Part shown: positions 52,295 to 63,654 of the stretch, one piece after another
How the letters are laid out: each line of letters begins with the position of its first letter
Numbering within the stretch: position 1 is the first letter of the stretch
Source of the DNA: Octopus sinensis
Taxonomy: Eukaryota
Direction of reading: 5' to 3'
DNA length: 64,000 nucleotides
Assembly (NCBI RefSeq): GCF_006345805.1
Contig: NC_043017.1
Location: 18,290,001 to 18,354,000, forward strand
Made by a program: the position numbers and the translations under genes
The notes under the pieces: model-generated
Told to the model about the DNA's origin: nothing
Seen by the model: only the letters and a program-made list of their open reading frames with translations
Databases searched by the model: none

Positions 52295-52343
52295 GCTTCC
52301 TGAAGATTTCTCTTGAATGAAACAGTTCTAGTCCTGTAGAAGC
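52295..52343 (+). ncRNA. Minimal type I hammerhead motif
   Basis: GCTTC-CTGAAGA-TTTCTCTTGAAT-GAAA-CAG-TTCTAGTC-CTG-TA|GAAGC; 5-bp stem I, 4-bp stem III, GUA site after 52338. Confidence 0.65.
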
Positions 52344-52459
52344 TCCTTCTATTAATAAATTAAATTTACTCTCGCTATGTATTGAGTACCTTATTTACTG
52401 TGGTTAACCCCGAATCAACCCGGGACCTACATATATATATATATATATTATATATATAT

Positions 52460-52503
<44 letters not shown>

Positions 52504-52670
52504 ACCATATGTGAGCCTGAATGAGGTAGGTTTCTGTAAGAAGCCTGCAAAATTTTAAGTTACATAGAACTGAATCAAATAGTTTTAAATGATAATAGTA
52601 ATAGGTAGGTGTATGTATGTATGTATGTATGTATGTATGTATGTATGTATGTGTGTGTATATATATGTAT

Positions 52671-53445
52671 GTCAGGTCACTTTCGAGTGCTACTGGTAAC
52701 ATGTAACCCAGAACAACCTGTTGCATGGTCGGGTCGTCGGCGACTAAACCGGCAACCCTACCAAGCTTGCTTGGTGAGGAGGGTGTTTATTGGACACCCC
52801 GCAGGATGAAAAACAAAACCTGTCAAAGGGCAGAGGAACTCTTGAGGGTCAACGGCCATCCAATAAATTTTTTTTTTTTTTAAGGCTGTATCATGCGCGG
52901 GGACATAGAAATAATCGGACTGAATACCCGATCGCACGGTTAAACCATTGGGAGTGAAGGACTCCTAGCCTTTGTTAGGGCATCCTTCTAGGAGAAGGTA
53001 ACTCAGGTAACTGAGATAACTCCGACATAAAACCTGCGGCTCAATGGTTACCGATGATGTTGACTTGTTCTTCTTTTCGGTTTATGGCTGCTGTTGCTTA
53101 GTGAGTGGGATTGATTCAGTGAACAGCCTTTCCTCACTTTAAAAAAAATCTTTTTGTATAGGTATTGCTACATTGGATTGATTAAATTGATTAACTAATT
53201 CATGATTGTTGATGGTGCTGGGTCTCAACTGAATGGATGGCTGTAGCCTTAAAAAGCAAAAAATCAATGATGAAGCCCAGTTACAACTACAGCCGGCTAT
53301 TACCAGTAAAGGTTTTAGTTGCCAATTTTGTACAAGACATTGTAGATCTTTAGCTCGGCTAAAAAGTCACATTCGATCACAGCACCAGTAACAGTTAAGC
53401 TCCATGCAATGGCCATACTCGATAACGAGGGGGCAGCCATAATAT
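52671..53445 (+). mobile_element. Internally deleted (non-autonomous) RTE: 5'UTR joined to the 3' end
   Basis: RTE-type 5'UTR (gcatccttctaggagaaggtaactc), C-terminal [22 protein letters not shown], 3' end gccatactcgataacgagggggcagcc; no RT between them. Confidence 0.7.
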
Positions 53446-54362
53446 ATATGTATATATTTATATATATGTATATACATATATACATATACAATTATATATA
53501 TATATATATATATATATTACACACACCACACACACACGCACACACATATATATATATATATATATGTATATGTATATATGTATGTATATAGTTCAAAATG
53601 ATACAAAAAACAGAGACAGGTGAGGGAACAACAAGCAGATTGTATTCATTTGTATATATGTCTTTTATCTTGCACTTGTTTTTGTCATTAGACTGCTGCC
53701 ATGCTGGGGCACCACCTTGAAGCAGTTAAGTAAAATGAATCAACTCCAGAAGGTTTTTTTAAACCTGGTTCTCTTTCAGTCAGTCTCTTATGGCGAACTG
53801 CTAAGTTGCAGGGATTGTAAATGCACCAACACTGGGGTGGGGGTTGGGGGGTGTACAAAGACACACACACACACACAATGGGCTTCTTTAAGTTTCCATT
53901 GACCAAATCCACTCGATACTTTATTTGGCCTAAGACTATAGTAGAAGACACATGTCCAAGGTGCCATGCTGTGGAATTGCACCCGGAACAATGTGATTGG
54001 GAAACAAACCTCTTATAATACAGCCTTGCTTGTGCCTATATATGTATTTAATATCACGTGATCACGTGACCGACCAGACCATCAGACGTTGTTACACATC
54101 GCTGGTCACAATGCGTTTGCATTGTTTTAGCCTTCGGATGACGCCACCCCGCTGGCTAAGCGAGCAGGCCAACAGAATAAAGAGTGGGAGAAAGAGTGGT
54201 GAAAGAGTACAGCAGGGATCGCCACCCCCTGCCAGAGCCTCGTGGAGCTTTTAGGTGTTTTCGCTCAATAAACACTCACAACGCCCGGTCTGGAAATCGA
54301 AACCGCGATCCTACGACCGCGAGTCCGCTGCCCTAACCACTGGGCCATTGCGCCTCCATGTA

Positions 54363-54397
<35 letters not shown>

Positions 54398-54455
54398 CAG
54401 AATGAGATAAAAATCCAAAGCTGTGAAAGATTTTAGAACATTTATAAATAGAAGG

Positions 54456-54501
54456 TCTTACGGCTGTTTCCGGGATATTTTATATATCCCTTCATCAGAA
54501 A
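54456..54501 (-). ncRNA. Type I hammerhead motif
   Basis: TTT-CTGATGA-A-GGGATAT-ATAAA-ATATCCC-G-GAAA-C-AGCC-G-TA|AGA; 7-bp stem II, GUA site. Confidence 0.6.
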
Positions 54502-54597
54502 TGGTTTGAGAAAATAGTTAAGCCATAGTTTTTCTAGACAAGATATGAAATAGAGAGTGAAGTGGAGGAATGAAAAGAGACTTAAGATATATATATA

Positions 54598-55445
54598 TAC
54601 ACTAGCTTAAGGTGACCCACTCTACGCGCTGGTGAGGGTGTGGTTGTTACTTTCTGTTGCTTCCTTTCTGTTTCTTATTGCCACATTCTCCCTCTTTGTT
54701 TCTCTCTCCTATCTCTCTCACTTTCCCGCTCTCTTACTCTTCCTTTCTTTCGGACTCTCCCTCGCTTTCTCTTACTCTCTATCTTTCTCTATCTCTCTCC
54801 CATTTATAAAAAAACAAAAGATCTTGAGTAAGTTGAGAAAGAAAATATTTTGAAAGATCAATCATAAATATCAGGCAGTGACAAAGGAAAGCACACTTGC
54901 CTTTTGTACATGCCACTATTTGAGCGATTAAAAATAAGGTAAAAAAGAATTTCTTTGTTAAATTTAGAACTTATTTTGGGAATTTTTCGGCAATTGACTA
55001 TGCAAATGAAAGCTCTAAACACGGGCTACATGCAGAAAAAATTGAAAACTGTAAACAATAAAAAAATAAAAGACAAAAATACGGAAAAATGAGAAATTTT
55101 TTTCAACTTCAAAAATCTTGCCTTAATTTTCAAAATTTTGAACCCATTTTCTGCGCTTAAATTACAAATCCACTTCCACTTTACCATGTTGAAAATTTGA
55201 TTGAAATCGGGCAAAAGGTGTCCAATCGAGACCCTCAAGTGTCCCCAAAAATCAATGAATTCCCCGTTTTCAGAGCAAAGCAACCACTGTAGCGCCCCAA
55301 AACGTCTCCCAAACAATTTCTCACCTCAAGTTACCCCCTCCTGTAAATTTTAATCCCCTTCCAGCCCCATTTTAGACCCCTTTTTACATAAAAATTCAAT
55401 TTGTATCAATGTTCACTGTCTTCATTTTATAGATTAGATTAGATG
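54598..55445 (+). mobile_element. Possible Helentron/DINE-like non-autonomous element
   Basis: Begins actagc...gacccactctacgcgc and ends ttttatagattagattagat. Confidence 0.45.
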
Positions 55446-56826
55446 CCAATTGCGCATATATATTTAAATGATAAACTTTTGGGAAGTTTTACAGATTTTT
55501 ATAGTTCCAGTGATGGATTGGATCTGTAGTCTTCGAATCAGCTTTCTCTTTTCTGGTTTTGAGAAGCTTAATTTCTCAAGATTAGTATTTAGTCAGTGTA
55601 TTACATATCCCAGGACCCCATGCATGCATGCATGTATGTATGTATGTATGTATGTATTTATGTATGTATGTATGTATGTCAGTCAGGCTTTTTTCAATTT
55701 CCATTTACCAAATCAACTGACAAAGCTTTAGCAGCGTGAGGTTACAGGTGTCACACAGCAGTACTGAACCATAACGCCTTGTAGTTGGGAAGCAAAATTC
55801 TTAGCACACAGCCAAGCCCACACCATAACTCAACCATGACATAAATCTCAAATGTGAAAAGCGGATCTGAAATGGTGGGTGAGGCGTCGTGCTTTGACAC
55901 AACATCTGAACATTCCATTAATGAGAGAAATTTGTTTTATTTAAATTAATTTTAAAGTAATAAATATATTTCTTTTAGAAAATTCATATTGATTTCATTT
56001 TGTATAAAGACCAAGAAATCTGACAGAAATCAAATAATAATTATTATATGTATGACATATTTTCCTGATGTTAACTACTTGACGGCAAGATCACATTCTC
56101 AACATTATTAGGTAACAATCTAGCTAAAGAAATATTTGACAGCCATATTTCATTTGCAAGCAGGGTGACTTGTCGTGGCCTGCTTGGTTATTTGACATTC
56201 AATGATTCAGTTATTCCCTTCAGAGACACCTCAAAGAGAAACGTACTAAACGTTGCAATTCACAAGAAAATTATGTCAGTCCTTGAAGACAGGGTGCGGC
56301 ATGTAATGCATAATTTCCAGCCTAGATTTCAAGTATTGTGTGCAAAACAATACAAAGTGTTGGATGGGATTACTTGACAGTTTCAATGAATGGTTTTATA
56401 AAATGACAGAGATTGCTTTGTATGTTTATGTAATAAAAACTAGATATGCAACTATATGCATGAGAATACATACATGAGAATCATTACAAGGTAATCTAGC
56501 ACCCCCACTCAGCTCAAAACAACACCAGTGTATCGAAAATATAAGGACACAGTGGCATGTGAAAAAGCATTTGAGCAAGGTCGTTGCCACTGCCACTGGA
56601 CTGGCTCCTGTGCATGTGGCACATAAAAAAACACCATTTGAGCGTGGTCATTGACAGTACCGCTTGACTAGCCCTCATGCTGGTGGCACATAAAATAGAA
56701 CAGAGATTTTTCTACAACTGTAATTTTATTATACAGTTATTTACAGCATTCATGATTTAATAAAATTACAGATGTGGAAAATCTTTGTTCTCCTAATTAT
56801 TATCAATACTATTACTTACTCTGCAG

Positions 56827-56929
56827 AGACTATGCAGTCCAGAATAGGACACTCGGATTTGCCAAGCACGAAAAATTGCCAGAATCTAGTAACTTATTGC
56901 TCTCTTGGGTATCACCAACATTTGCTGTG
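56827..56929 (+). CDS. Candidate internal exon of the unidentified plus-strand gene
   Basis: Branch-like ctaat, acceptor ttacttactctgcag, donor gtg|gttagt; open frame DYAVQNRTLGFAKHEKLPESSNLLLSWVSPTFAV. Confidence 0.4.
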
Positions 56930-57020
56930 GTTAGTTGACATACAAAACTGATTTAAGGGGAAACACGATAACTGCCAGGATTACATATCCTTTTGAAATC
57001 ATTTTTGTATACTCTTTTAT

Positions 57021-57397
57021 TCTTTTACTTGTTTCAGTCATTTGACTGTGGCCATGCTGGAGCACCACCTTTAGTCGACCAAATCAATCCCAGGACTTAT
57101 TCTTTGTAAGCCAAACCGCTAAGTTACGGGGACGTAAACACACCAGCATTGGTTGTCAAGCGATGTTGGGGTAACAAACACTAACACAGAAACATATACA
57201 CACACACATACATACATATATATACATAAATATATACGACAGGCTTCTTTCAGTTTCCGTCTACCAAATCCATTCACAAGGCTTTGGTTGGCCCGAGGCT
57301 ATAGCAGAAGACACTTGCCCTAGGTGCCACACAGTGGGACTGAACCTGGAACCATGTGGTTGGTAAACAAGCTACTTACCACACAGCCACTCCTACG

Positions 57398-57399
<2 letters not shown>
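57021..57399 (-). mobile_element. Near full-length copy of the abundant SINE
   Basis: Same family as 27758-28149. Confidence 0.9.
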
Positions 57400-57445
<46 letters not shown>

Positions 57446-57446
<1 letters not shown>

Positions 57447-57558
57447 CCATATCATCATGCTGAAAGTATTGGTTCTTGTCTGATAACCAAAGTTAAGCAA
57501 TGTCAAGCCTAGTTAGTACTTAGATGGGTGACTGCTTGGTAAACCTATGTGCTGTAAG
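57446..57558 (+). pseudogene. 5S rRNA pseudogene
   Basis: gccatatca..tgaaa..ggttcttgtctgat..aagttaagcaa..gttagtacttagatgggtgactgc..gtgctgtaag is collinear with 5S rRNA, including the internal control region; many CpG-type transitions. Confidence 0.85.
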
Positions 57559-57570
57559 TGTGAAAATAAA

Positions 57571-57905
57571 GGCACGTGGTTCAGTGGTTAGTGTGTTGGG
57601 CTTACAATCATGAGGTTGTGAGTTCAATTCCTGGACCAGTCTGTGTGTTGTGCACTTGAGCAAGACACTTCATTTCACATTGCTCCAGTTCACCAAGCTG
57701 TAGAAATGAGTTGCGATGTCACTGGTGCCAAACTGTATCGGCCCCTTTGCCTTTCCCTTGGACAGCATCAGTGGCACAGAGAGGAGAGACTGGTATGCAT
57801 GGGCGACTGCTGGTCTTCTGCAAACAACCTTGCCCAGACTTGTGTATGGGAGGGGAACTTTCTAGGTTCAATTCCATGGTCATTCATGACCGAAGGGGTC
57901 TTATA
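57571..57905 (+). mobile_element. tRNA-head CORE-type SINE
   Basis: ggcacgtggttcagtggttag...gagttcaattcc head, then cttgagcaagacacttcatttcacattgctccag; degenerate relatives near 22125 and 32115. Confidence 0.75.
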
Positions 57906-57920
57906 TATACATATGTATAG

Positions 57921-58293
57921 TTAATTCCTTTTCTGGATGGTCTCCTTGTTTAAGTTGGTGAGTGCTGCCATAATCCTTGCTTTCTGTTCCTCATTGGTGT
58001 TACAAGGAGTTTTGTTTGTTTCTCGCTCAGCTGCACCCCACACATAATAATCAAGGGGATTGCAGTCTGGAAAGTTAGGTGGCCAGATGCTAGGGGGTGA
58101 TGTGGTCGCAGAAATTATCTGACAGCCATGACTGGGTTCTCCTGCTTGTGTGGCATGGTGCAGAGTCCTGTTGCCAGACATACGGCCTTCCAACAGGCAC
58201 CCTCTCGACCCAGGGCAGCACTACTTTCTCCAGGTACTTGATGTAGGTCTCTTTGTTGAGTTTGAGGCTGTGTGGGAAAATGAATGGTGGCAT
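57921..58293 (-). mobile_element. Tc1/mariner transposase fragment
   Basis: VWQQDSAPCHTS and WPPNFPDCNPLDYYVWG motifs. Confidence 0.9.
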
Positions 58294-58294
58294 G

Positions 58295-59150
58295 ATGTTG
58301 TTTTTTAAGATTCTGAAGGAGAATTTCCCAAAGAATCATAAGTACTACACCATCCATTATATATCCTCCATTAAATTTTCCTACTCGGTAATGCTGAATT
58401 TGGTCCCCATTATTGCATCTATTAATAGATGTAAATTAAGTGGGTAAGTGTACCGGAAGTATTCCTCTGTTGAAACTCTGGTATTGGGCAGGTAAACTCT
58501 AATAAGCCTAAGGTTGGAATTACCAACCATTTACGTCACTAGTATTACTAGTATTACTAACCCCTGTTAATGGGATATTCGAGAGGAAGAATGCAGGAAA
58601 CCAAATAAATAATGTTAGTATCAGTAATAGGGATAAAGGCAGTTCTGGTAAATCCTATAATTTCAGAAACCCTAGGTTATGTCCCCCTCGACAGATTTTA
58701 TTTGATTACAAATGTAATTTATAAATGCGTAGTTAAAGAGGAAGGCAATTTGAATAGGATTTATATAGGGTTTATTTGAATAGGGTTTATATATTTTAAG
58801 GCGAGGTTCAGGGCCCACTTGAATTTGTTTTCGAAAGAAAAATATTGTAACTTCACTACACTTGCCTCTTGTGTAAAGTGAAATAATAAAAGTTACTTTC
58901 TTGAATGGTCTATAATTTCGAGGGCCCCTTATTTTAGCATTAATATTAACAAGTGTAAGTTGTATATAAGGGAATCTCTTGCCATCCTTGGGTCCTTTGG
59001 TCCTAAAACATTAAATAAATTTACAGAGGTGATCCTTTTCTGCAACCATAAGTTTTCTTCTACTTTTCTGAAAGTATATACAAGTAAGGCAAGATGTGGT
59101 AGATAATATCTAGTTTGTTTACTGGGTTTCAAAACTGGATAGAAAAATTC
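58295..59150 (+). mobile_element. Penelope-like element GIY-YIG 3' fragment
   Basis: FPKNHKYY..SIKFSYS; NVIYKCVVKEEGNLNRIYIG; FKARFRAH. Confidence 0.8.
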
Positions 59151-59884
59151 CTATAAATAGCAGCCACCAACCTGGTTAACCATAAAACAAAATAAATTAA
59201 CTTATATATATATATATATATATATATATTAGTTAGGAATTTTGGACTGGTCCTGCTAAAGGTTGTATTTTATAAATAAGGATTGCACCAGTATTGTAAT
59301 TCTTGTGAACTACTTGATTGTGAAATTCCTGAAGAGTTCTGTTCATCCTGATGAAGGGGTCATTGCCAAGATGTGCTTTGATTTGCAATCTGACTGAAAT
59401 GGCCACAGATGTGGATTTTGACTTACTCTTTTTGGAACTCTCTAACACTCCTTGGATACCAGACCTACCATGGATCGCCTCATTTTTAAGGACTGACTAT
59501 TTTGATATATTTTTAATTGATGAGTAAATTTTAATCACCTACTTTAGTCGATTCTTATATACATTATTCTGGACAGGTCCTTCTACATATTTTTGTAGTC
59601 TTTATATGTTCATATATATATATTTTTTACCTTCAGTGTTTATATACATATTTCTTTTATATGTTGAAGGCTATGGTATTGTTTGTATATAATAAAATGT
59701 ATAGAACCTTGACTCAGTCGTTTCTTTAGAAAGCAGACGTTATTACACAATCTGGTGTTTTTTGATGAATAGTATTTATAGCCTGAGTCTTCATGTTGGT
59801 TGCAAACAGGTATATGATGAAATGTATAGAAGTCATTGGCCCAGATTTGATGTTTGTTCTCTAATGAATGATTTTTGTATATAT

Positions 59885-60759
59885 CATCATCATCATCATT
59901 TAATGTCCGCTTTCCATGCTAGCATGGGTTGGACGTATGCCTGAGGGCTGGCGAACCAGATGGCTGCACCAGGCTTCAATCTTGATCTGGCAGAGTTTCT
60001 ACAACTGGATGCCATTCCTAATGCCAACCACTCTGAGAGTGTAGCGAGTGCTTTTACGTGCCATCAGCACGAGGCCAGTCAGGCGGCACTGGCAACGGCC
60101 TCGCTCAAATCTTTTACACATGCCACCGGCATGGGTGCCAGTAAAGCGATGCTGGTAACGATCATGCTCGAATGGTGTCTTTTACGTGCCACCGGCATGG
60201 AGGCCAGGTAACCGCTCTGGCAACGATCACGCTCAGATGGTGCTCTTAATACCCTACTAGCACGGGACTCGAGTGCCAGTAATGCGACGCTGGAAATGAT
60301 GACGCACGAATGGTGCCACTGGCACGGAAGCTGGTTAGCCACTCTGTCAATGATCACACTCGTATGGTGCTCTTTATACCCCGCTAGCACGGACGCCAGT
60401 CATTGAATTTGATTTTGATTTTTGAATTTTGATTTCACTTGCCTCAACAGGTCTTCGCAAGCAGAGTTTTAGTGTCCAAAGGAGGAAAAGGTACGCATAA
60501 GTGGGCTGGTAATGCCCTTAGCATAGGCCACGAGATTATAGTCTCATTTGGCTTGCCGGGTCTTCTCACGCACGGCATATTTCCAAAAGTCTCAGTCACT
60601 AGTCAGTTCCTCCGTGAGGCCCAAAGTTCGAAGGTCGTGCTTCACCACTTCATCCCAGGTCTTCTTCGATCTACCTCTTCCACAGGTTCCCTCAACCGCC
60701 AGGGTGTGGTACTTTTTTACACAGCTGTCTTCATCCATTCTCGCCACATGACCGTACCA
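59885..60759 (-). mobile_element. RTE LINE 3' portion
   Basis: RT-end region homologous to 45560-45730, plus 3'UTR and (GAT)n tail. Confidence 0.9.
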
Positions 60760-61088
60760 TATTTATATATATATATATGTGTAATGAAAATACTGTCTAC
60801 GATGTTTCATAAATATATATTGGTTGTAGCGCCCATGCTGAAGAGGATACAGATGGCAAATTATTTTATTTGTCCATTGATGTTCAAAACCTAGGTACAT
60901 GTGGTAATTATTGAAAATGTTTTTATTTTTCATCCCCTTCAAAATTACTCTTAATCGTGGTTTGGGCTTTGACTGTTCCTTTTAGCGTGTAAGGTGTCCT
61001 GTTAGGCTCACCTCTTTTGTGTATAAATGTACACTAATTTTATATATATATATATGTGTATGTATATATATGTGTGTATGTATATATA

Positions 61089-61330
61089 TCATCATCATCA
61101 TCATCATCATTTAGCGTCCGCTTTCCATGCTAGCATGGGTTGGACGGGTCAACTGGGGTCTGTGAAGCTGGAAGGCTTCGTCAGGCCCAGTCAGATCTGG
61201 CAGTGTTTCTACGGCTGGATGCCCTTCCTAACGCCAACCACTCCGCGAGTGTAGTGGGTGTTTTTTACGTGCCACCTGCACAGGTGCCAGACAGAGCTGG
61301 CAAACGGCCACGAACGGATGGTGCTTTTAT
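61089..61330 (-). mobile_element. RTE 3' end
   Basis: catcatcat...ttagcgtccgctttccatgctagcatggg. Confidence 0.85.
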
Positions 61331-61501
61331 ATATAAATAGATGAGTGTATTTTTACCTTGTTAACAATTAACACGGAAAAATAAATAAATAGTTACCAGG
61401 GCAGCAAAAATCTCACAAGTAAAGATGTTGTAACTCCTTGTTTATAAACATGTGTCGAAAGTAAAAATACTTGTTTAAACCTGCGTTAACTCCATTTTTT
61501 A

Positions 61502-61542
<41 letters not shown>

Positions 61543-62626
61543 ATGTGTGTATGTATATATATCACCGTGATCACCGTGACCAGCCAGGCAATGAGATGTT
61601 GCAACATATAGCTGGTCACAATGTGCTTTGCATTGTTTTAGCCTTCAAATGAGCCACCCTGTTGGCTAAGCAAGCAGGCCAACAGAAGAAAGAGTGAGAG
61701 AAAGTTGTAGCAAAAGAGTACAGCAGGGATCGCCACCACCCCCTGCCAGAGCCTTGTGGAGCTTTAGGTGTTTTCGCTCAATAAACACTCACAACACCCG
61801 GTCTGGGAATCGAAACCGCGATCCTACGACCGCAAGTCCGCTGGGTCATTGTGCCTCCACACACACACACACATAAAGAAAGAGAGAGAGAGATGGATGC
61901 ATATATATGTTTGTGTATACATACATATATACATGTATATATTTCCTGTACAATGTTGTGACATTAATAAAATGCAAGACTGTATGAAACATTACTACAC
62001 ACAGTAACAATCTGTTACCCGCCTCCATTCCCTTATTCCTCTATTCCTTCATTCTTCCTCTTCTTGTCCTTCTTACCAAATTTATTGCCACTGAAAGAGT
62101 TACAATGTTCTATATATTGCCATTTGTACTCAAAGAAACAATTCATAACAGCAATCATCACAAAAGCCAGAAACACATCAAAATTTAATCAGACAATTGC
62201 TGACCTTGATTCAGTTGTTTCTTTAGAAAGCAGACGTTATTACACACTCTTTGAAACTTGTGTTTTATGGTGCTTGTTGATGAATAGAAATTATAGCCTG
62301 AGTCTTATTGTTCTCATTGTTGGTTACAAACAGTTTTCTGATCCCCGTTTTCACCTGTGATATTAACCCCTTCCATTCTAACTTGCCTGAGATTGCCCTT
62401 CGTTTTAGGATACAGACTTCTCATTTTAAAGAGTTCAACATTAAAAATCCTCATTAAGACCTCATGTTAGTTTATGTTCCAAATGCCATTTTAATAATGG
62501 TTTCAAATTTTGGCAGAGGACCAGTATTTAAAAAAAATTCTATTTATTTTGAGAGGGGAGGGGGGAAGACAGGTGGTGTACAAAACAAACAGATGTATTA
62601 GTATAAAGCTCAGGAATAGAAAAAGT

Positions 62627-62662
62627 CTTTTACGTTTCGAGCCTACGCTCTTCTACAGAAAG
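62627..62662 (-). ncRNA. Hammerhead-like motif with non-canonical core
   Basis: CTTT-CTGTAGA-A-GAGC-GTAG-GCTC-GAAA-CGT-A|AAAG; related degenerate copy at ~16510-16545 (plus). Confidence 0.4.
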
Positions 62663-62879
62663 GGACACAGAAAAAACAAGGAAACAAGGAGAGAAAAAAT
62701 GTGTGTAGTGGTATATATATATATATAAATGATACATTTCTAAATATCTCAGAGAGATTTATACAGTAGTGGTATGATAGAGTAGTTGTATACTGTCAAC
62801 TTAATGTGACAGTCCCATGAAGGGAATCAAACTACTGCTATTTAACCCTAAGAAGCAGCAACGCTTCCTGTCGGCCTTG

Positions 62880-63407
62880 ACACATTTCCTGTGTCCAGAT
62901 GTTAGGGGTGATGTGGTTGCAGAAATTGTCTGACAGCCATGACTGGGTTCTCCTGGCATGATGCAGATTCCTGTTGCCAGACATAGAGTCTTCCAGTAGC
63001 CATCCTCTTGATCCAGGGCAGCACTACCTCATCCAGGCACTTGATATAGGCCTCCGTGTTGAGTTAGAGGCCATGTGGGAAGATGAATGGAGGTATAACT
63101 TCACCATCACTAGTGATCACTCCAAACACCATGATGCTGACTAGATGTTTGATTTTTATCACCCTCAGTACTTGTTTTGTGTGATCATCATCTGTTCATA
63201 ATGGAGCTTCTGACGCAAATGCCAAGCAGTACAGCATGTCATTTCCAAATTTCTGGCAGCGAGAATTGCATTATGGTGTTGTTTTTCTCATAGATGGTGC
63301 CCAACTGACCCTACTATACTGTGTAGTCAACAAAATCAAAAGCAAACAATGCACATGCGCAAAATTAAAGATATAAAATGGCAACAATTTACCCATTGCA
63401 CCCTGTA
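62880..63407 (-). mobile_element. Tc1/mariner element with 5' TIR and internal deletion
   Basis: Minus strand starts TACAGGGTG; VMVFGVITSDGEVIPPFIFP-like coding remnant homologous to 57921-58293. Confidence 0.8.
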
Positions 63408-63654
63408 AATATATATATATATCTGTAAAATAATATGTGACAATTATTTGGTAGCCAAGATAAAACTCTGAGTTTCGGATGCCGAGGTGGAAATCCACAC
63501 CACCATCACTTCGGTTATCTGGCCATCTGAAAAAACGCTATGAATAATTGTCACATATTATTTTACAGATAAATTTTCTCTCTTTACATAATATTGAGGT
63601 CTCTTTCTTTCTTTTGTTATCTTACCGATTTTACCAATACACACACACACACAT

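Larger units (their letters stand above)
51070..52352. repeat. ~195-bp inverted pair of Penelope-type terminal repeats
   Basis: 51070-51265 is approximately the reverse complement of 52159-52352 (over 90% by eye); microsatellite-rich spacer. Confidence 0.9.

Noticed and set aside
56050-56400. hAT transposase remnant on the minus strand
   Set aside because: Only faint motif resemblance; too degraded to support
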